64,000 bases of DNA, from assembly GCA_043815245.1 (NCBI GenBank), contig JBDRJD010000014.1:14986-78985 (forward strand). The letters run 5' to 3'. Numbering within the stretch: position 1 is the first letter of the stretch; each line of letters begins with the position of its first letter. Below are positions 8,162-16,496 of the stretch, in pieces. The DNA is from an archaeon. GTDB taxonomy: Archaea > Nanobdellota > Nanobdellia > Pacearchaeales > GW2011-AR1. Both the position numbers and the translations under genes were made by a program. The notes below the pieces were generated by a model. It had not been told where the DNA came from. It saw only the letters and a program-made list of their open reading frames with translations, and searched no databases.

Positions 8162-9118
8162 ATGAACAAGAATTTTAAAGAAATTTTAAGGAAACAGCAC
8201 TATGCTTTAGTTGGAAATCATTCTGCAATCCAAGTGTGTAGATGGGCTAAAAAGTCTTTAATCGACGATGGAGAGTGTTATAAGGAAAAATTTTATGGAA
8301 TTAAAAGCCATCTGTGTTGTCAGTGCAGCCCGGCGGTAGTTTGGTGTCAAAATAAATGTTTACACTGCTGGAGGGCTATTGAGTATACTCTAGGTGAGAA
8401 AATTATCTTAGAATTGGATGATCCCAAAGATATTATTGACAAATTGATAGAAGCACAAAGAAAAATGCTTTCTGGGTTTAAGGGAAATAATAAGATAAAC
8501 ATGAAGAAGTTTAAAGATGCTCAAAATCCTAAGCATTTTGCAATCTCATTATCAGGCGAGCCCACAATTTATTCAAAAATTGGAGAATTGATTAAAGAGC
8601 TGAGAAAAAGAAAGTTAACTAGCTTTTTGGTAACTAACGGCCTGATGCCAAATAGATTAATGGAGCTCGGAAAGAAAAAGCAACTTCCTACGCAACTTTA
8701 TATTTCTCTTAATTATCCAAATGAAAAGATATTCCGGGAGATTACAAGAAATAAAAGTAAACAAGCTTGGAAGAATTTTAATAAAACCTTAGAGCTACTT
8801 CCTAAATTAAGAACTAGAAAAGTCTTAAGAATGACTCTTGTAAAAGACTTGAATATGTCAAATACCGACGATTACGCTAAATTAATCTTAAAGGCTTCAC
8901 CAGATTTTGTAGAAGTGAAAGGGTTTATGTCAGTTGGATTTGCTAGGAAAAGACTAGATTATGAAAGGATGCCTAATGAAAAAGAAGTAAAGGAGTTTGC
9001 AAAAAAGCTTTCTGAAAAACTCCCAGGTTATGAGGTTCTAGCTGAGAAAAAAGAATCAAGAGTGGTTTTGATTGGTAAGGATAAATGCAAGATGAAGATT
9101 AAACCTTCTGAGATTTAG
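8162..9118 (+). CDS. taw1: tRNA 4-demethylwyosine synthase Taw1 (radical SAM)
   Basis: CRW...CYKEKFYGIKSH, CQNKCLHCWR, AISLSGEPT, VEVKGFMSVG. Confidence 0.95.
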   Translation: MNKNFKEILRKQHYALVGNHSAIQVCRWAKKSLIDDGECYKEKFYGIKSHLCCQCSPAVVWCQNKCLHCWRAIEYTLGEKIILELDDPKDIIDKLIEAQRKMLSGFKGNNKINMKKFKDAQNPKHFAISLSGEPTIYSKIGELIKELRKRKLTSFLVTNGLMPNRLMELGKKKQLPTQLYISLNYPNEKIFREITRNKSKQAWKNFNKTLELLPKLRTRKVLRMTLVKDLNMSNTDDYAKLILKASPDFVEVKGFMSVGFARKRLDYERMPNEKEVKEFAKKLSEKLPGYEVLAEKKESRVVLIGKDKCKMKIKPSEI

Positions 9119-9455
9119 AGTATTTATCTAAGGCTGCTCTTTCATCTTCTCCGCTGAGAAAGCTGTTAGAACTATGTCTGAAATCTTCTAGGCCCTCAGC
9201 GAAATATAGGTCCATAAGTTTATCTGCCAATGTTAAATTAAAGTCTAGGGGATGATTTTTCAAAAGCGCGGACAACTCTGACTGATCTAAGACTCTTCCA
9301 TCGGGTAGAGCTACTCTGTCGGGAACATAATGTAAGTCGTGACAGTCAACTAAAAAAATAAATCCTCTATTTTCAATTGTACTTATCTCTCTCTTTAGCC
9401 GAGCTATGTATTCATCATAAGACTCTTCTGAATCTTCATTATAAGAGATATCCAT
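9099..9455 (-). CDS. Hypothetical acidic protein
   Basis: 118-aa ORF co-oriented with upstream genes; no recognised motif. Confidence 0.55.
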   Translation of the reverse strand: MDISYNEDSEESYDEYIARLKREISTIENRGFIFLVDCHDLHYVPDRVALPDGRVLDQSELSALLKNHPLDFNLTLADKLMDLYFAEGLEDFRHSSNSFLSGEDERAALDKYSKSQKV

Positions 9456-9473
9456 AATTATGAATTTTGAGAT

Positions 9474-9881
9474 TTAATCTATTAAGCCTTGCTTTAAAAG
9501 TTTAGGTATCAAATAGTCCTCATCAATTGACGCAACTGTGATTCCTTGAGATTTATATGCACTTGTGATCCATGCGATCTGTTCAATTCCTCCTGATTTC
9601 AAAGGAGTCCCCTCAATACTTACAAGATAAGTCTCCATCCTTACTACCTTACCTTCATCTCTAAAGTGGGGGGCTTCCCAAGTTCCGTAGGGGACGGGGT
9701 CCATGTGAACAAGACGCACATTAAGCTCATCTGATAGTTTTCTTCTTAAGGTGTCTTTTTTAGAATCTCTACCTGTAGCCCGCCCTCCTGGCATGATAAA
9801 ATGTGGCTCATTTTCCTTCCTAACCATTAGTAGCTTTTTATCCTTTAGAATTATTGCGGCAATCTTATGATGTAGAGACAT
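9474..9881 (-). CDS. Nudix-fold protein with degenerate Nudix box
   Basis: AAIILKDKKLLMVRK...MPGG; box reads GGRATGRDSKKDTLRRKLSDELNV. Confidence 0.75.
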   Translation of the reverse strand: MSLHHKIAAIILKDKKLLMVRKENEPHFIMPGGRATGRDSKKDTLRRKLSDELNVRLVHMDPVPYGTWEAPHFRDEGKVVRMETYLVSIEGTPLKSGGIEQIAWITSAYKSQGITVASIDEDYLIPKLLKQGLID

Positions 9882-9882
9882 T

Positions 9883-10233
9883 TTAAAAGTAGGCTATTCC
9901 GTCTTTAGTAAGAGCTACAAATCTTATCCCCACTGGGAGAGATAATAGGGCTGAGATTAAGGCCATATGCTCCTTACCATCACCCGAAGCAATACTCAAA
10001 GCCACTTCAGTTCCTTTTATTTTACCGTCGAGCTTCTTCATGATCTCTGACTTTAAGTCGATTAAGCCCTGACTCGTATTTACCTTGATGAAAGCATGCT
10101 TTTTAGAAACTGTAAATTTTTCTGCAAAATCACTGCCCACTAAAAAGATATCTTCCCAATCTCCATGATTAACTAAACCAGCTACTTGGCCCCAAGTTCC
10201 TTTTCCAGAAGAGAGTAATGCTACTAATTCCAT
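9883..10233 (-). CDS. Small Rossmann-like protein, possibly CARF-like
   Basis: LVALLSSGKGTW and EVALSIASGDGKEHMALISA; start moved to ATG 10233. Confidence 0.6.
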   Translation of the reverse strand: MELVALLSSGKGTWGQVAGLVNHGDWEDIFLVGSDFAEKFTVSKKHAFIKVNTSQGLIDLKSEIMKKLDGKIKGTEVALSIASGDGKEHMALISALLSLPVGIRFVALTKDGIAYF

Positions 10234-10290
10234 TTTTGTTTTTCTATGAAATGCAGTTATATTTATAAGCATTTATGTGCTAAGAGTGAT

Positions 10291-10746
10291 ATGGCGAGAG
10301 ATACACCCCTAGTTGAGATTACACTAAGGAAATATGAAAAACCCTATCAAAAAGATAAAAGAGAGGTTATGAAGAAGATTTGTTTATCTTTGGGACTGCT
10401 ACAGCCGGGGGATGGCCGGGATGTTGTTGTAGACATGCTCTTGGTATTAGAGAAGGCAAGGCGAGAGAAGAGACAACTTACAAGCGTGGAGATAGGTAAG
10501 CTTGTAGAAGAGTCTAGGAAGAGGTATAGCTTAGAGATGAAGGGCATAGCTGAAAGCAATATTCGTAGGCAGTTAAAAAGGTTAAGGGATTCTATGATAA
10601 TCGAGAAAAAAGAAAATCTTTACAACTTAACCGAATTTGGGAGTTTGAGTGAAATCTTCAATAGTAAGATTGAAAGATTCCTTATTCCTCAAACGGTCGA
10701 AAGAATAAAAGAATACCTTGAAGAACTGGAAAAGCAAGATTTATAA
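10291..10746 (+). CDS. Winged-HTH transcription regulator-like protein
   Basis: LTSVEI...IAESNIRRQLKRLRDSMIIEKKENLYNL pattern; start ATG 10291. Confidence 0.75.
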   Translation: MARDTPLVEITLRKYEKPYQKDKREVMKKICLSLGLLQPGDGRDVVVDMLLVLEKARREKRQLTSVEIGKLVEESRKRYSLEMKGIAESNIRRQLKRLRDSMIIEKKENLYNLTEFGSLSEIFNSKIERFLIPQTVERIKEYLEELEKQDL

Positions 10747-10767
10747 ACCCTATTTAATTCGCAAATG

Positions 10768-10829
10768 TACCGGCAAACTACATCACCACAAGATATCTTC
10801 TAGGCTTGATGTGCATTATGTAGGAGGTA
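10768..10829 (+). promoter_or_regulatory. Putative uL1-binding autoregulatory RNA overlapping the rpl1 Shine-Dalgarno
   Basis: Helices UACC/GGUA and CUACAU/AUGUAG flank an asymmetric GGCAAA / GA loop; the 3' arm contains AGGAGG. Confidence 0.7.
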
Positions 10830-10832
10830 ATA

Positions 10833-11468
10833 ATGAAGGAAGTTGTATTAAAGGCTCTTAAAGAGCTTAAAGATGAGAAGAATAATAAGAAAAGGAAATT
10901 CAATCAATCTGTAGACCTAATTGTAAATTTAAAAAATTTTGACTTAAAAAGAGAGAGTTTGAATTTAGTTGTAAACTTGCCTCACAAAATTAAAACTGCG
11001 AAAGTGGCTGCTTTTTTAGATAAGCGAAGTAGTTTGGTGGACACGATTACACAATCTGACTTTGGGAGATACAAGGAAAAAAAAGATATTAAAAAACTTG
11101 TAAAAAAATATGACTTCTTCATGGCTTCTGCAAAGTTAATGCCCCAAGTTGCTACAAGTTTTGGAAAATACTTGGGGCCTGTTGGAAAAATGCCCACGCC
11201 TCAATTGGGGATTATCAGTCAAGATAGTGAAGCTGAAATAAAGCAGGCTTTAGTAAAGTTTGAGAAGGTCTTGAAAATAAAATCAAAAGAGACAAGTATT
11301 AAGTTAAGTGTGGCTAGGGAGCAGATGAAAGATGAAGAAGTTTTTGAAAATATAGATATGGTCTATAAATCAATAGTGAATGCACTTCCAAGAAAAAAAG
11401 AAAACCTAAAGAGTGTTATGATTAAACTCACAATGTCTAAGCCAATAAAGCTGGAATTGGAAAAGTAA
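10833..11468 (+). CDS. rpl1: 50S ribosomal protein L1 (uL1)
   Basis: RKFNQSVDLIVNLK, GKYLGPVGKMP, IKLTMSKP. Confidence 0.97.
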   Translation: MKEVVLKALKELKDEKNNKKRKFNQSVDLIVNLKNFDLKRESLNLVVNLPHKIKTAKVAAFLDKRSSLVDTITQSDFGRYKEKKDIKKLVKKYDFFMASAKLMPQVATSFGKYLGPVGKMPTPQLGIISQDSEAEIKQALVKFEKVLKIKSKETSIKLSVAREQMKDEEVFENIDMVYKSIVNALPRKKENLKSVMIKLTMSKPIKLELEK

Positions 11469-11469
11469 A

Positions 11470-12342
11470 ATGGTAGTAAAACATAGATCAAAAGACATTC
11501 CAGAAAAAAAGAAAAAGGTAGTTGATGAGCTAGTTAGACTAATGAAGGAAAGTAATTGCTTAGTTATCGCTTCGATTAAAGGACTTCCAGGAAGTCAGTT
11601 TCAAATAATTAAAAATAAAATAAAGGGCCATGCTAAAGTAAAGGTGGTGAAAAAAACTGCCACCCTTAGAGCAATAGATAAAATAGATGAGGCAACGATT
11701 AAAAACCTTAAGATTTTTATTAAAGAAGACATTGCATTGTTATTTTCAGATATGGATCCATTTGAGTTATCTGCAATTCTTTCTGAGAACACCACTCCTG
11801 CAAAGGCTAAAATAGGGCAAGCGGCACCGGAAGATATCCAGGTTGAAGAAGGACCTACGGAGCTTACACCGGGTCCAGTGATAAGTGAATTTGGAAATTT
11901 AGGGGTACAGATCCAGATACAAAATGGTAAGATTAATATTAAAAGTTCTAAGGTAATAGTAAAGAAAAATGAGAAGATTAACGAAGGCGCAGCTAGCCTG
12001 ATGGCTAAGTTAGATATTAAACCATTTCATGTTGGTTTTGAACCATTGGTGGCTTATGATAATAAGGAAAAGGTGATTTATCAAGGGATAAAGATTGATA
12101 GGGAGAAAACTCTAAAAGAAATCAAAAGTTCCTTTTCAAAAGCGCTTGCATTTGCAGTTTCAATTGCATATCCTTGTAAAGATACAATTTCATTTTTATT
12201 GCAGAAGGCGGGGGCATATGAAAAGGCCTTGGAAAAATTAGTGGGTGGAGAGAAACAACAGGAAAATAAAACTGAAGAGGGAAAACCCTTAGAAGAGACT
12301 AAAGAAGAAAATGTTCAAGAAAATAAACCGGAGGAAAATTAA
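11470..12342 (+). CDS. rpl10: Ribosomal stalk protein uL10 (P0)
   Basis: APEDIQVEEGPTELTPGP; L1-L10-L12 order. Confidence 0.97.
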   Translation: MVVKHRSKDIPEKKKKVVDELVRLMKESNCLVIASIKGLPGSQFQIIKNKIKGHAKVKVVKKTATLRAIDKIDEATIKNLKIFIKEDIALLFSDMDPFELSAILSENTTPAKAKIGQAAPEDIQVEEGPTELTPGPVISEFGNLGVQIQIQNGKINIKSSKVIVKKNEKINEGAASLMAKLDIKPFHVGFEPLVAYDNKEKVIYQGIKIDREKTLKEIKSSFSKALAFAVSIAYPCKDTISFLLQKAGAYEKALEKLVGGEKQQENKTEEGKPLEETKEENVQENKPEEN

Positions 12343-12636
12343 ATGGAATATGTATACGGTGCTTTACTCCTACATAAGACTGGACAAACAGTGAATGAAG
12401 AGAATTTGAAGAGAGTTATTTCAGCGACAGGTGCAGAGCTAGATGAGGCAAAAGTAAAAACTCTGATTGCAAGTTTGAAAGATGTGGATATTGACAAAGA
12501 GCTTGAATCAGCTAGTTTAGTTGCAGCCGCGCCAAGTGGAGCGGTAGGTGGAGAGAGCAAGAAAGAAGAGAAATCAGAAGCTAAAGAAGAAAAAGCAGAA
12601 GAAGCTGCTGAAGGTTTGAGTGCATTATTTGGTTAA
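12343..12636 (+). CDS. rpl12: Ribosomal stalk protein P1/L12
   Basis: MEYVYGALLLH...GLSALFG. Confidence 0.98.
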   Translation: MEYVYGALLLHKTGQTVNEENLKRVISATGAELDEAKVKTLIASLKDVDIDKELESASLVAAAPSGAVGGESKKEEKSEAKEEKAEEAAEGLSALFG

Positions 12637-12824
12637 ATTTTTAATTATTCGAAGCGCTCAGACCTTTAAGCCTAGTTCTAGGTACAACTTTTAGCTATTG
12701 GGATAATTTTATTTAAGTTCAAAAAATTTTCAACTTTTGAAGAAAAGAAAGTTCTATGAACCAAATAAACTGTAATAGCTATTAAAAGAGAATATTTAAA
12801 AGCATTAATTAATTGTCAATTCTA

Positions 12825-12904
12825 GCCCGCGTCGCATAATGGTATTGCACCGGCCTTGAGAGCCGGGCCCTTTGGGCCTCCAGGTTCGATTCCTGGCGCG
12901 GGCG
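12825..12904 (+). tRNA. tRNA-Ser(UGA), long variable arm, CCA not encoded
   Basis: Acceptor GCCCGCG/CGCGGGC, anticodon arm CCGGC-CTTGAGA-GCCGG, variable hairpin GCCC-TTT-GGGC, discriminator G. Confidence 0.95.
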
Positions 12905-12956
12905 TTTAAATAGCTCACAAATAACAGAAAAAAGTAAAGCTAATCAAAGGGTTCTC

Positions 12957-13235
12957 CTAAACGAACCAACCTTTAAATCTTGCCAAAAAACCTTTTTTTT
13001 CAACTGAATCTTCAATTGGTTCCACTTCATACTTGATTACTGGCTTTTCTATCATCTTAGGAGCAGACTTTGCTAAAGATTCGTTGGCAACTTTAATAGC
13101 CCTGTCAATTTCAGCTCTGGAATAGCCTTGATTTTGTAACGCAAATTTTAAAGAATCGGGAGTATAACCTTTTTGCAGATTTTTCACAATATAATTTGCA
13201 AGTTGTTGTATATAATCAGAATCTCTTAAAGCCAT
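12957..13235 (-). CDS. Hypothetical small helical protein
   Basis: YIVKNLQKGY...LQNQGYSRAEI motif, basic/aromatic C-terminus; TATA ~25 nt upstream. Confidence 0.7.
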   Translation of the reverse strand: MALRDSDYIQQLANYIVKNLQKGYTPDSLKFALQNQGYSRAEIDRAIKVANESLAKSAPKMIEKPVIKYEVEPIEDSVEKKGFLARFKGWFV

Positions 13236-13271
13236 TTTTCCTAGATTATGAAGAAATGGAAGTTTAAAAAT

Positions 13272-16200
13272 TTACTTGTCCTTCTTTTTGAATATCTTAT
13301 CTTTATACTCTATACCTGCAAGTACGATTATAACTATTAAAACAATAATGATTGCGCCCCCTAAAATCCAGAGCAAGGTATTTCTTTTTGAGGCCTGTAC
13401 CTGGGCTTCAATATCTACCGTTTCGTTTCCTAAGGCATCACCAGTGGAAGAGTCATCATTAGCAGTATCCGAACTAACAACTTTTTCTGATATGGCGAAG
13501 TAGCTAAAACTCGTTACATTAGCCTCATAATAATGATAATTTCCAGATTTTTTCTTGTATCTTGTGGCAACTTCACCCCATTCTTCTGAGTCCTCATTAA
13601 ATTTAAAGATGGCTACGTTATCTTTGTCTCCTACCTCTTTTGTAACCCAGGTATCATTTAGTTTTAAAGTGATCATAGCTCTTGAAAGATTATCATCTAG
13701 ACTTACAGGTAATATCTGGATATAGCCATAGATCTTTCCTGGTTTTGGTTTAGAAACTACAGAAGGCCTAGAGGTGTATCCTGTAACAGTAATTTTTACT
13801 GAACTTGTATTTGAAGAAACCTCTAAATCAATTTTTTCTATTCCAATCTTAGCTGAATTCACACTCATAGAATAACTTTCACCACGGTACATATTAGTCC
13901 AACTTCTAACAACTTTTGTAGTATCACTTTCACTATCATCATCTCCCCCTCCACCACTGCTACTACTATCATCATCGTCTGAGGAACTTGAAACAGCTGG
14001 AGCTGCTCCAGTAACACTAGGGGATAGTCCTGAAAAGTGGGGAATTTCCATCTGTATTCTGTTGTTTGTAGTATCCATGTAACAAACAGCTGCTCCATTA
14101 CCCTTGTCGCATACAACTCCTGCAGAGGTTAAATAACCACTATAGCGAGAGTTATTATACTCAATAAACTGATCTGTTAGGTTGGTGTCTGTGTGTCCTG
14201 CAGAACGGTTCCAAGCAGTTGAGAATTGGTGAGGGTTGTTGGGATCTTCTTGATATAAAAGAGGAATGCTCATGTTGTAGTTCCAGCTTTCATTGACTAA
14301 AGAAGCATCGTAAGGAATAATTAGAGTTACATTATCATAAACATCTGAAGGGACAAAGTTACCAAACTCCCAAGTGCCTGTTGATGATGCAAGGGAAGCA
14401 TTATCAATTACAGCAAACATTGGAGGTTGTTTAGCCGAAAACATGTCAAAATTATTAAATTTCATTTTTACGCCTGTTGCAATTACTTCTATCTCTAAAT
14501 CTACGGAACCAGCTACAAGAGCCTTAAGCGGATTAAAATTAGTTGCATTCATTGAAGTAATAACTTGAGAAGTGCCTGCTCTGTAAAAAGTCATTAGAAT
14601 TGGCATAGAGGAAGCGTTTATTTCAACTAAATCCCCTGTGGAATTCATCTCTCGAAGTCCTTTATCTCCGCCTGCAGAAAAGTCAATGGATACTAAGGTG
14701 ATATTATGTTCTGATTTACTGAGATTGAGAACTTTCTCAATTGGCGGGCCATCATTTGAATAAACAGAAACCTCAACCCAATTAGAGTTATTTAAGATAG
14801 GTAGATAGAAGGTACCATTTGTGATGGTCTCGATTATATATGTTACTGTTCCGAATCCTGCTGCTGCATTTTTGACCTTAACATCTGCATTAAGACTGTT
14901 CGTAATTGCTCCTCCGGTTTCATTTTGTATATTTATTTGAAGAACAGAGGTGTTAACAGAAACTAACCCTCCTGAATAATAGCTTCCCAATAATTTGTAA
15001 AGAGTTATGTTCAATTCATCAGCTCCGGTAGTGTTTGTGGTAAGATTTGAAAATCCTGCGAGGTACAGCCCACCTTTTCCTGCTTCTGAAGAGGCATTCT
15101 TAGCATAAAACTCTAGCATATAAGGCACAGCCCCTAATAAAGAAATATTGTACCAAGCTATCCCATTTGTATGGTATGAAGAGTTACATTCTGGGTGTAA
15201 AGTGAGATTGTAACTTATGTCCGCAGTAAGATTTATATCCCCCTGGTCTGCATGGGCTGGAGGAATAAAGCCTGCCCAAGGTTGTAGTTTTGGGATTAAA
15301 CTAGTTAGATTGTATTGAGTTAATGAGGTCTCATTATAATTCGGAGAAATCTTAATACACCCAGTTAGTCTAATCCTGGTTATTGAAAGGTCTTGAGTGA
15401 CTTGGAGAACTTGGCCTTCACTGACAGATAAGGAAGAGTTCGATTTTGGAGGTGTGGGGCAGTTTGTATCATTCATAAATGTGCCGTCACAGTCCTGATT
15501 TCCTAAAAACTGGGAAAACTCTCTCACGAACATTACAGTATAGGATTTACCTGCGGGTACAACCACGTCTACAGTAGAAACACTTTGTAGCATTTGACTT
15601 TCAACTGGAAACCCCACCTTCTCATCATAAACCATATATCCAAACTTGTGGCTATCTCCTGTGCTATTAGTAACATTTAATCTAAGAGTTCCTGCAGCTT
15701 GTAGATAAAATGTAGATCCGTTTAAAGTCATATCAGAAAGCTCATTTGTAGCAGTAGGATAGTAAAGTGTAATGGGAAAAGCTGGCAAGATGGCGCCTAT
15801 TTTTGTGGCATAGCCTGATTGATTATAATGTATTAGCTTTAAAATGTACATTTGGGCTGAGCCATTTAAGCTCAAGAAGCTAAAAGAGCCGTTTTCATCA
15901 GTGAGGGTAGATGCTTCGAGAATTTCGCTTGGAGGGCCATTTTGTTGAAGAATAAATTGATATATAGAAATATTTGTACCATTTTGTAAGTTTCCAGATT
16001 CATTTTTTACATACCCATAAAAAGGAATATTTGCAGTAAGCCCAATAATAGAAGAATTTGAAGTGCCATCAAACGCTGTGGCGTTGATAGTTATGGTTAG
16101 GTCACCTATTCCCAAGCTTGTAATCCCAAACCAAAAGTCTTGCATGGTCTGATTTTCAATAATGCCCGAAGAGGTAGTATTTGTGAACATAATAATGCCA

Positions 16201-16457
16201 GAGCCACTAGAGGTAGTATTTGTGAAAGTAAAATCTGAAGCCGAACTACCGTTTGAATTTCCTACAAAATCTCCATCAAAAACAAAAGTGACCTGAGATA
16301 TATTTGCGTTTTCTGCTCCAATCGTGATATTAACAAAGTTGTTGCCAGTCATATTAACATAATCTGAACTTTGGATGGTAAAATTGGCTTCTAAGCCAAG
16401 GGAGCAACTAGGGAAGAAGATTAAGAAAAACAAAAATAATGTTAATTTTTTCACCAT
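13272..16457 (-). CDS. Large surface glycoprotein with PGF-pre-PGF-like C-terminal domain and TM anchor (S-layer/adhesin candidate)
   Basis: Signal peptide, ~50 N-x-S/T sequons, Ser/Asp/Gly linker, FSYFAI, C-terminal TM plus basic tail. Confidence 0.85.
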   Translation of the reverse strand: MVKKLTLFLFFLIFFPSCSLGLEANFTIQSSDYVNMTGNNFVNITIGAENANISQVTFVFDGDFVGNSNGSSASDFTFTNTTSSGSGIIMFTNTTSSGIIENQTMQDFWFGITSLGIGDLTITINATAFDGTSNSSIIGLTANIPFYGYVKNESGNLQNGTNISIYQFILQQNGPPSEILEASTLTDENGSFSFLSLNGSAQMYILKLIHYNQSGYATKIGAILPAFPITLYYPTATNELSDMTLNGSTFYLQAAGTLRLNVTNSTGDSHKFGYMVYDEKVGFPVESQMLQSVSTVDVVVPAGKSYTVMFVREFSQFLGNQDCDGTFMNDTNCPTPPKSNSSLSVSEGQVLQVTQDLSITRIRLTGCIKISPNYNETSLTQYNLTSLIPKLQPWAGFIPPAHADQGDINLTADISYNLTLHPECNSSYHTNGIAWYNISLLGAVPYMLEFYAKNASSEAGKGGLYLAGFSNLTTNTTGADELNITLYKLLGSYYSGGLVSVNTSVLQINIQNETGGAITNSLNADVKVKNAAAGFGTVTYIIETITNGTFYLPILNNSNWVEVSVYSNDGPPIEKVLNLSKSEHNITLVSIDFSAGGDKGLREMNSTGDLVEINASSMPILMTFYRAGTSQVITSMNATNFNPLKALVAGSVDLEIEVIATGVKMKFNNFDMFSAKQPPMFAVIDNASLASSTGTWEFGNFVPSDVYDNVTLIIPYDASLVNESWNYNMSIPLLYQEDPNNPHQFSTAWNRSAGHTDTNLTDQFIEYNNSRYSGYLTSAGVVCDKGNGAAVCYMDTTNNRIQMEIPHFSGLSPSVTGAAPAVSSSSDDDDSSSSGGGGDDDSESDTTKVVRSWTNMYRGESYSMSVNSAKIGIEKIDLEVSSNTSSVKITVTGYTSRPSVVSKPKPGKIYGYIQILPVSLDDNLSRAMITLKLNDTWVTKEVGDKDNVAIFKFNEDSEEWGEVATRYKKKSGNYHYYEANVTSFSYFAISEKVVSSDTANDDSSTGDALGNETVDIEAQVQASKRNTLLWILGGAIIIVLIVIIVLAGIEYKDKIFKKKDK

Positions 16458-16496
16458 CTTTTATTGAATTAATTAGTTTTTGAGGATTTATAAATT

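Noticed and set aside
12676..12815. Open minus-strand frame between rpl12 and tRNA-Ser
   Set aside because: No start codon after the upstream stop, and it overlaps the tRNA promoter.
12825..12904. Possible selenocysteine or suppressor tRNA
   Set aside because: Anticodon UGA reads UCA (Ser); tRNA-Sec needs anticodon UCA and a longer acceptor stem.
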